IMG/VR virus record: IMGVR_UViG_3300005529_000001
Coordinates: 1 to 64,000 of that record
Direction: 5' to 3' (one strand)
Length of the DNA: 64,000 nt
The notes beneath the pieces were generated by a model, which did no database searches, was not told the DNA's origin, and was given only the letters and a program-made list of their open reading frames with translations. The position numbers and the translations under genes were made by a program. This document shows, in pieces, positions 37,530 through 44,351 of the stretch. Positions within the stretch are counted from its first letter, which is position 1, and each line of letters starts with the position of its first letter.

Positions 37530-37636
37530 CATCGTTCACCTGCCAGGATTCGAACCTCCATGTCCGGCTTGAAAGGCCAGCATCCTACCATTAGATGACG
37601 AGACCTTGCGATCTCGGGGTAAGTGGTTACTTGATG
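37530..37636 (-). ncRNA. AGUA/GAA module copy L carrying a tRNA-Glu(TTC)-like body without 3' acceptor strand
   Basis: CAUC-A-AGUA-ACC...GGU-GAA-C-GAUG; CTGGC-CTTTCAA-GCCGG; GGTTCGAATCC; GCAA hairpin. Confidence 0.75.
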
Positions 37637-37708
37637 GAGCCCAAGGCTGGAGTTGAACCAACGACCTCCCGGTTATTTACCGGTTGCTCTACACTGAGCT
37701 ACTTGGGC
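37635..37708 (-). tRNA. atypical tRNA: Thr-like acceptor, AAT-centred loop
   Basis: GCCCAAG/CTTGGGC-TCCA; loop TAAATAA. Confidence 0.55.
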
Positions 37709-37709
37709 A

Positions 37710-37781
37710 TGGTGGAAAGGGCTGGACTCGTCCAGCACTTCCGGGTCAAGAACCCGGCGCTCTGCATTGAGCTACCTCTCC
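37710..37781 (-). tRNA. trnK: tRNA-Lys(CTT), 6-nt T loop
   Basis: CCGGG-TTCTTGA-CCCGG; GCTGG-ACGAGT-CCAGC. Confidence 0.6.
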
Positions 37782-37811
37782 GTGCTTGAATTCTATACAT
37801 CGCCGGGCGTC

Positions 37812-37876
37812 GCCTGTTCACCTACACCAGATTCATAGTCTGGGTAACCGCGCTTCCGCGGCATGGGTTACTGGGC
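37812..37876 (-). ncRNA. AGUA/GAA module copy M
   Basis: GCC-C-AGUA-ACC...GGU-GAA-CA-GGC; hairpins CCGCG/CGCGG and CCAGA/TCTGG. Confidence 0.68.
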
Positions 37877-37883
37877 TTCGCAG

Positions 37884-37956
37884 CCTCTCTGTCCGGACTC
37901 GAACCGGAAGTCTCTACCTTCGCAGGGTAGCATGTTTTCCATTACACCACAGAGAG
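37884..37956 (-). tRNA. trnR: tRNA-Arg(GCG)
   Basis: CTACC-CTGCGAA-GGTAG; CTCTCTG/CAGAGAG acceptor. Confidence 0.75.
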
Positions 37957-38370
37957 ATAATCGTTGAAATATTTGATGCCCTTTCGCTGGCCGTTCTTGG
38001 GTGGATCAAATCGAAGTGAGAAGCTTGTTGTGTGACCCTCGATCTCACTCATCGACACATATGCTACGACCTTTCGATCGATGACATACAGTGCCATGTA
38101 GTCGATGTTTCGTGTTGTATATCGCAACCCGCTGCGACGGTTCGTGAAGTGTGACAGGCAGACCGTCCCTTTCTTGGATGATTTCACTGTCTTCGCTTGA
38201 AGTTTGACAACTTGATTTTCTTTCACAGCGATGATGTCAATGTGACTGACGTCGCCATAGGGAAAGAAGACATCGTAACCTTGGTTCACTAGATCACTTG
38301 CAATTGCAAGTTCTCCTACGTTGCCTGTTGCTTTGGTGACCGACAGCATGATGCTATCGTAACGTGTCAT
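37942..38370 (-). CDS. PD-(D/E)XK endonuclease
   Basis: GELAIASDL...PYGD...DIIA...KLQAKT; Y...IDYMALY. Confidence 0.82.
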   Translation of the reverse strand: MTRYDSIMLSVTKATGNVGELAIASDLVNQGYDVFFPYGDVSHIDIIAVKENQVVKLQAKTVKSSKKGTVCLSHFTNRRSGLRYTTRNIDYMALYVIDRKVVAYVSMSEIEGHTTSFSLRFDPPKNGQRKGIKYFNDYLSVV

Positions 38371-38374
38371 CGTT

Positions 38375-38497
38375 GGACGTTCACATTCACGCTTCACTGG
38401 CGTCCCTGCACCGTGCATCTAGGGGAATGTACGCGCCGAAACGCAGTCCCCCAGGTGGGAATTGAACCCACTCAAGTTTGAGCAGTTACTTGTCACG
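38375..38497 (-). ncRNA. AGUA/GAA module copy N (ACUG/CAGU) carrying a circularly permuted tRNA-like domain
   Basis: order: T-arm GTGGG-TTCAATT-CCCAC, closed 7-bp acceptor CTGGGGG/CCCCTAG, short D-like hairpin. Confidence 0.65.
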
Positions 38498-38499
38498 AC

Positions 38500-38576
38500 G
38501 AGTGGGTCCAGTGGGAGTCGAACCCACATCTCTCTGCTTAAGAGGCAGGACTCTGAGCCAGTTGAGTTATGGACCC
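38500..38576 (-). tRNA. trnK: tRNA-Lys(CTT)
   Basis: CTGC-CTCTTAA-GCAG. Confidence 0.9.
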
Positions 38577-38628
38577 TTTGGCCAGGTGATGTCTGCTGAG
38601 AACGAGCGCCTGGCACGCTGCCGTCTCA

Positions 38629-38704
38629 TGGTTGGGGTGGCAGGACTCGAACCTGCGTATCGTAGGGTCAGAACCTACTGCTGTTGCCACTGAGCCACAC
38701 CCCA
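38629..38704 (-). tRNA. trnQ: tRNA-Gln(CTG)
   Basis: GTAGG-TTCTGAC-CCTAC. Confidence 0.9.
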
Positions 38705-38705
38705 G

Positions 38706-38778
38706 CTGCTCGAGCAGGGATCGAACCTGCGATGGGCTAGTTAACAGCTAGCTGCCTTACCAACTTGGCTATCGAGCA
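38706..38778 (-). tRNA. trnN: tRNA-Asn(GTT)
   Basis: GCTAG-CTGTTAA-CTAGC, G73. Confidence 0.9.
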
Positions 38779-38779
38779 A

Positions 38780-38840
38780 TGGCGGTGACGGTCGCTTCGG
38801 CTAGGCCCAGATTCGGGCTGTCGGTCCACGAACAGTCACC
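38780..38840 (-). ncRNA. miniature cloverleaf ending in GCCA
   Basis: GGTGAC/GTCACC-GCCA with internal hairpins, no T-loop consensus. Confidence 0.45.
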
Positions 38841-38842
38841 AG

Positions 38843-38913
38843 CTCCAGCGGAGGGAATCGAACCCCCGTCGTCTCGGGAAACAGCCGAGCGCACGCCATC
38901 GTGCTCCACTGGA
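38843..38913 (-). tRNA. trnN: tRNA-Asn(GTT), U37/C38
   Basis: CTCGG-CTGTTTC-CCGAG, G73. Confidence 0.78.
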
Positions 38914-38962
38914 AAACGGAACGCAGATTGTCAAAGATCAACTGAAAGCTTGCGCTGTCAGT

Positions 38963-39048
38963 CGGTGCGGCGTCAGGGAGTCGAACCCCGCGGGCCAAAA
39001 GGCACCTGGGTTACAGCCAGGTCCATCTCCGTAGTGGTCTACCACCGC
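38963..39048 (-). tRNA. trnY: tRNA-Tyr(GTA)
   Basis: CCTGG-CTGTAAC-CCAGG, long variable arm. Confidence 0.85.
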
Positions 39049-39260
39049 ATGTTATGTCGTGTGCTTAAACGTCGTTTGCCGAGGAACTTTCTCTTCCTCG
39101 GCAACTCTGAGTGGCTTCTCTTACCCCTCTTCATCGCTCCGGAAGCTCGGAGCAATGGGCGCTCCGATCAAATCGTGGTCTTATCGTTGGCATATGCCTG
39201 CCAACGCTTCTGATTCGCTTTGTTGATTTGGGCTTGGGTATTCATGATCGTCTTTCGACT

Positions 39261-39338
39261 TCGTCGGACCGAGTGGAATTGAACCACCGACCTCCTGCTT
39301 ATCAGACAAGCGCTCTAAACCAACTGAGCTACGGTCCG
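39261..39338 (-). tRNA. trnI: tRNA-Ile(GAT)
   Basis: CTTGT-CTGATAA-GCAGG. Confidence 0.92.
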
Positions 39339-39400
39339 GAGAACTACGAACGGCATTGCCGTTGCAGTACGGATACTCTATCCAGCCCCGAGAGCCTGTT

Positions 39401-39730
39401 TCACACTTTTTCGCACTTTTTTCGTCCATGTGTCTTGCGATTCTTCCACCCATACGTGGGGGTCTGGGCGTGGCAGTTCGGACAGAGAAAGCGGAGGTTC
39501 TCCGGGAGCTGGTTCGTGTTGTCACCATCGATGTGATCGACTGGCAATGTGAGGGGCTTGCCGTTGTGGACAGGTTCCTGTCCGCACTCCGCACACACGT
39601 ATCGTCGACCGATCTCAAGGAGAAGCTGCTTCAAGTTGCAGGGCTTCGGTCGCCCCCGCAGCAAGATCTTCTCAGGTGTCTTCCGCCTCATGCCCTTGTT
39701 CCAAGCTGCACCCATCCGTCGATGGTACAA
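39401..39730 (-). CDS. HNH endonuclease
   Basis: CAECG...LPVDHIDG...NLRFLCPNCHAQT. Confidence 0.85.
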   Translation of the reverse strand: MYHRRMGAAWNKGMRRKTPEKILLRGRPKPCNLKQLLLEIGRRYVCAECGQEPVHNGKPLTLPVDHIDGDNTNQLPENLRFLCPNCHAQTPTYGWKNRKTHGRKKCEKV

Positions 39731-39944
39731 GGAAGGTGTCGACGAGGACCAGCGAGCAGTCGCACAGGGTCTCGAAGATGATCGGCTGCGAGAACATCAC
39801 CTTGACCCGCTCTTCGCAGCCGAGATGCCCCTCCCTCGGGTAATCAACCCCGATGACCAAAGCAAAATGCGAGTGTTCCCTGTCGTTGTGCCGGGAGAAC
39901 TCGATGACCAGGTCACCCGGCTTCAGGTCTTTGTGGGAGGCCAC
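39672..39944 (-). CDS. small SH3/KOW-like protein
   Basis: LKPGDLVI. Confidence 0.5.
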   Translation of the reverse strand: MASHKDLKPGDLVIEFSRHNDREHSHFALVIGVDYPREGHLGCEERVKVMFSQPIIFETLCDCSLVLVDTFLVPSTDGCSLEQGHEAEDT

Positions 39945-40353
39945 GATCTGAAATTACACCCGTCGTCAGCACCTCGATCCAGTTGTAGCGAGCCCAGAAG
40001 TGTCCCTTCCGGAACATGATGCAATACCACAGATCCTCAGTGACATCAGAAAGACGTGGTTTCGTTTTCTTGCTGTCAAAGATTGGATCAATCCGAGCAC
40101 GCATCAGCTCTAGGTGCGAAATGTGGTAACGGTGATCCAACACTAGTCCAACGCCAGCTTCGTCCATCGTCACCCCACGTTCTTCTGGAAACGGATATGG
40201 GCGGGCGATCTCAGTCTCGAGCTCGTCATAGAGGTTGACGCCACGATATATGCACTTGACAGCTGTCCCGTGTGGGATGGGAACTTCATGCCCGCACCGC
40301 GTGATGGTCACCGCTAACAGGTGATCGACTTCTTCACGCTTTTCTCTGAGCAT
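39913..40353 (-). CDS. hypothetical protein
   Basis: coupled to dNMP kinase stop. Confidence 0.6.
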   Translation of the reverse strand: MLREKREEVDHLLAVTITRCGHEVPIPHGTAVKCIYRGVNLYDELETEIARPYPFPEERGVTMDEAGVGLVLDHRYHISHLELMRARIDPIFDSKKTKPRLSDVTEDLWYCIMFRKGHFWARYNWIEVLTTGVISDRGLPQRPEAG

Positions 40354-41048
40354 CAGTGACCAGCTTGGCAGCTACGCAACTCGCGTAGCATCTCCTCGAC
40401 GCGTTCGGGCAGCGTTGGGAACGGGTACTCTTCCGGGTTCTCAAAGACGTACTCAACGTGCTCGTCAGTGGGCCTGTCTTGCTCGCTTGCGTGCTGGCGC
40501 CATGCGGCAATGCTCGAGTGCTTCTTTCCCGGGGCACGGACATCGACTCGTTTAGCTGCAAACCAAGCGTGGATGTTGTCACGGTCATTCTGGAAACGAG
40601 CGTCATTGATGACGATGTCAATGTGCTGTTCTGCCAATGGTTGCAGGTCCCAGCTGGCACGGATGCTCAGCACGTCAGGGTGGACCAGGTCTCGCATGAA
40701 CTCCGTGCCCAATGGTTGGAGGAACGATCGTGGGCTGATTTCGATCTTTCCCTTCCCCTCGCATCGCTTGCAGAGCCCGATGGAATAGTCGTTGACGGGT
40801 TCTGGGTAATGAACCTTGGTCGTCCCCGTTCCCAAGCACGCCGGGCACTTCAGGTCCCAACGTGGGTCCGCGGCGTTGCGTGAGTGAGATGGACCGTACA
40901 ATTGCTCCTTGGAGAAGCCCATCATGTCGGCAGCAAAACGCTTCAGCGGTCCCGCTAGCGAGAACATCGTGAAACCATGACGCTCCACCAAGATGTTGGC
41001 AATGCTGTCTTTGCCCGCGCCCGCTTCACCCGAGAGGACAATGATCAT
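40353..41048 (-). CDS. deoxynucleoside monophosphate kinase-like P-loop protein with Zn-finger insert
   Basis: LSGEAGAGKD, FSLAGPLK, SPRSFLQPLGTE, VINDARF; CPAC...CKRC insert. Confidence 0.85.
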   Translation of the reverse strand: MIIVLSGEAGAGKDSIANILVERHGFTMFSLAGPLKRFAADMMGFSKEQLYGPSHSRNAADPRWDLKCPACLGTGTTKVHYPEPVNDYSIGLCKRCEGKGKIEISPRSFLQPLGTEFMRDLVHPDVLSIRASWDLQPLAEQHIDIVINDARFQNDRDNIHAWFAAKRVDVRAPGKKHSSIAAWRQHASEQDRPTDEHVEYVFENPEEYPFPTLPERVEEMLRELRSCQAGH

Positions 41049-41649
41049 GGCCCGATTCTACCGTCGGGTCACGTAGTGGTCACTCTTCGGTGTCGGAATG
41101 AAATGACGAGTACGCCCCGGGCCGGACAGCTTCCAGCAACATGTCGCTTGCGCGTTTGAAGTGCTCGATCGCGGGTGCTGCGTCGTACTGAGCCGACGTT
41201 CGTCGCTTGCCCGGCCGGATGGTCTGACGCTCACGACGGTCATCGTCTTTGATAGTTTCTGGTGCACCCATCGCCGCAGCCATGCCATTCCAGGCCCGAG
41301 CCAAAGCCTCCTCCGTAGAGGGTGCAGCCATCGATTCCTGGCTCGGCGTTCGCGGCACCGCAAGCGCTCTGACCAGCTCGTCAGCGAGCCTGATCGCTTC
41401 AGTCACGCGTTCAGCAGGGTTCAAGTCCCGCATCAAGGCTGGGTTCATCAACGCAAGCCCAGCAAACCACTCGCGAACAGTCGTACCTGCCGGTGGGGGC
41501 GGAGGCGATTCCTGCATCTGTTGCCGGATCAACCTCAATTCCATCGACATCGTACGAGACTTCAACATAATACAAGCGTACCATTTTAATGCTGAGACTT
41601 TCACCGTTTCCGAGCCGTCTGACGTGGGGTAAAACGAAGCAAAGACCCC

Positions 41650-42978
41650 ATGAACGTACCCGTTATCCACGTCCATTCGCAATCAGACAAAGCCACAACG
41701 GGTTACGTCACTTTCATGTGGGAAACCATGAGAATCCTAGCGAATCACCCAGAATCGCTACGACTGTCGTTGCACTGCATCGGACCGACTGCAACAGAAC
41801 GACTCAAAGAGTTGCCCCAGTGCAAGACGTACTATGTCCCAAACGCAGAAGCTGACAAAGGCATGTCGGGCTCGACTGCACATGGTGCTTGCATCGAACA
41901 CGCGCTCGCGATGACTGATGACGGTGACATCCATATCCTGGTTGACTCCGATACTGTTGTCCTAGCAAAAGGATGGGACGACTACGTCAGGTGTGAGCTG
42001 CTTGACAAGAGGATCGGGACTGTCGGCGCCACGTATGAAGACGTGGGAGGTTTCACTTCGGGAGGAGGAAACGTCCAGACATACAAGGGCATCCCAAATG
42101 TGGTATGGATGGCGTTGTCACCCGTCCACCGCTGGCGTGACCTGAAAGCGATGCCCAGGAAAGGAGATGACATACACATCACAAACGATGGATTATCAAA
42201 GACGTATGGCTTGCCGGTCGGTTACCACGTCCTTCGTGATGTGGCCTGGCAGATTCCAGAATACCTGACACAGCGTAACATCTCCTACGTTGGTTGGAAG
42301 CAGCTAAAACCGACAAAAGAAGCCATTGTCCTCAAGAACCTCAGCGACTACCATGAAGAGTACCAGGTAACCGCTGATAACGTCCCGTTCGTTGTCCACC
42401 ACCGTGGCAGCATGCGTCACAATTACAGGGGTGACAGGATCAGCCAGAATTTCTATACCGCTGTTGACACCTATCTCGTTCAAGAAAAGGAGCGGGCGCC
42501 GCGGTGGTCGTGGCAACCGTCACCCGCAAACGAGAGCGTCTTGCAGATGATGCAAGTGGTCAAGGACCAGAACGCTCAACGCATCGCTGACCTTGAGAAC
42601 CAAGCTGGGATCACGCCAAAAGCTTCAACACCTGCTCCCGCCGCCAACGTCGCGCCGTCGGCCACGATCTCAGGTTGGCTCAAGGCAACCCTTGATGGCC
42701 AGGGAGCTTTCAGCCGTTACGCCTTGCCTGTCCCGCAACAGGTCGAAATCAGCTTCGTCCCATCTCAAACGTGCAAGCACCTTAGGTTGGAGGGAACAGT
42801 CTCCGCCGTCAACATTGTCTTGCCAAAGGCTGAGTTCCAACACTCCTTGACGGTCAGAAATCTCACCGCGGGACCTGTCAAGCTATCAGTTTCAGGCGTT
42901 GGGATGACGTTGGATGTGCCCGTAGGGGCATGCTGGCAGGTCTTGGTAGACGTTGATGGACCCATCCACGTCAGCTGA
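41650..42978 (+). CDS. glycosyltransferase-like protein with C-terminal beta domain
   Basis: GSTAHG, HILVDSDTVVL DxD; long plus-strand ORF. Confidence 0.55.
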   Translation: MNVPVIHVHSQSDKATTGYVTFMWETMRILANHPESLRLSLHCIGPTATERLKELPQCKTYYVPNAEADKGMSGSTAHGACIEHALAMTDDGDIHILVDSDTVVLAKGWDDYVRCELLDKRIGTVGATYEDVGGFTSGGGNVQTYKGIPNVVWMALSPVHRWRDLKAMPRKGDDIHITNDGLSKTYGLPVGYHVLRDVAWQIPEYLTQRNISYVGWKQLKPTKEAIVLKNLSDYHEEYQVTADNVPFVVHHRGSMRHNYRGDRISQNFYTAVDTYLVQEKERAPRWSWQPSPANESVLQMMQVVKDQNAQRIADLENQAGITPKASTPAPAANVAPSATISGWLKATLDGQGAFSRYALPVPQQVEISFVPSQTCKHLRLEGTVSAVNIVLPKAEFQHSLTVRNLTAGPVKLSVSGVGMTLDVPVGACWQVLVDVDGPIHVS

Positions 42979-43268
42979 CGGTCAGGGCGGGAAATTGTAA
43001 TCGCTTTCTTTGAAGTTCCAAAGGACATAGCACTCAAAACGCATGTCACCGTGTGGCTTCTCAAGCGGGACCACCCCAACAATGATGCCGATCCCGATGT
43101 GTTTTGTCTTATCGAGGTGTCTCTGTCCCTTGTATGATGTTACAAGCATCCCAGGATAGGGACGATCGTAGTGACCCTTGCCTGTCTCAAACGTGCCAGG
43201 AAACTCATCGGATTGGCCCAACAGCTCCCACGTCGTGCAGTTGTTCTGCTGGGTGAGAGCGACTTCGG

Positions 43269-43790
43269 TCACGGGATCGCTTCGGGGTTCTTACGGAAGT
43301 CAGTGAACTCGCTTGTGTGCCTGTTGAGGAATCCCCATGACTTGGTACGCGTGCCAGCAAAGAAGAGGCTCCACGCGCCATTCTTTTCGTCCTTCAGGTC
43401 AACGCGGTGGAAGTCCCTGGGACTGATGATGTTGACCTTCCCGGGCTTGATGTCGCGTTTTTCAATGTAGACGGGCGTACCCGGAAGCCCGATCTCCTTG
43501 ATGTGACCTTCTCCCGTACCCGGGAGTGGGGTGTAAGGTTGCATCTCCCAGGTGACGGGATTGTGAGCACGTTCCTCGTAATACCCACCCGCCAGGATGA
43601 TGCTTAGCCCCCATGCCCACGGGTGATTGTGCAGCTCTTCACCTTGATCGCTGCTGTGAAAGTGATGCAGGTAGATGTTCCCCCACGCCCTGTCTTTGCC
43701 AAAGAGGTAACATCGTGTGAGGTACGGCTTGCCGTTGATCGTGATCGTTGTTTTCGGTAACTTTGACTCAAGCCAGCTGAGAAATCCCAT
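43269..43790 (-). CDS. cupin-like protein
   Basis: LHHFHSSD...LHNHPW...GGYYEE...FHRV. Confidence 0.6.
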   Translation of the reverse strand: MGFLSWLESKLPKTTITINGKPYLTRCYLFGKDRAWGNIYLHHFHSSDQGEELHNHPWAWGLSIILAGGYYEERAHNPVTWEMQPYTPLPGTGEGHIKEIGLPGTPVYIEKRDIKPGKVNIISPRDFHRVDLKDEKNGAWSLFFAGTRTKSWGFLNRHTSEFTDFRKNPEAIP

Positions 43791-43830
43791 AGAGAGACAG
43801 TAACCCAGCGCTCGCCCGTGTACTTGTTGC

Positions 43831-44112
43831 TCAGTCCAGGCCCGTATCCCAACCCTTGGCGGTCGGATCGGCGTGTTTCTCCCACCGCGGGTCAGCGTGG
43901 CGATGCGCACCCTTCGTGTCAACGTGGTCCTCTTCAGACTCATCCATGCCCACAACGGGAGCGCTGTCCTGGTCCATGCCCTGGTCCCAAGTCGCTCCAG
44001 TCGGATCGGGGTGCGTTTTCTTGTTCGCGTTATATGGGGTGTCGTTTGCCACGAACTCACGGACCAGCTTACGAACCAGCTGCCGGAACTCTCTCAAGGT
44101 CATCTTCATCAT
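43831..44112 (-). CDS. acidic protein with MKMTLREFRQLVRKLVREF N-terminus
   Basis: shared N-terminal motif. Confidence 0.55.
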   Translation of the reverse strand: MMKMTLREFRQLVRKLVREFVANDTPYNANKKTHPDPTGATWDQGMDQDSAPVVGMDESEEDHVDTKGAHRHADPRWEKHADPTAKGWDTGLD

Positions 44113-44351
44113 CGTCCCACCCTCACCCTGCCGTGATAGTGCCAGCCCCAACCTCCATGCCAACGCCAATAATGGCGATACACAACACCATCGACGACGG
44201 TCGTCGTGTAGTAGGTGTATGGGCTGACATAAACAGCATCGGAGGGTGGGTCCTGGACATACATCACGGGTGGTGAGTCATACACCACACACCCGGGAAC
44301 GGTTGTAACCAACCCCAGAGCCATCATGAATGCCACGAGCAGGCGCTTCAT
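44109..44351 (-). CDS. lipoprotein
   Basis: MKRLLVAF...VPGC; W/H-rich tail. Confidence 0.6.
   Translation of the reverse strand: MKRLLVAFMMALGLVTTVPGCVVYDSPPVMYVQDPPSDAVYVSPYTYYTTTVVDGVVYRHYWRWHGGWGWHYHGRVRVGR

Noticed and set aside
683-38497. Modules as theta/HDV-like, hammerhead, twister or pistol ribozymes, or CRISPR repeats
   Set aside because: I could not find the nested double pseudoknot or catalytic consensus of those ribozymes, and there are no identical direct repeats with regular spacers; a formal CM test is still needed.
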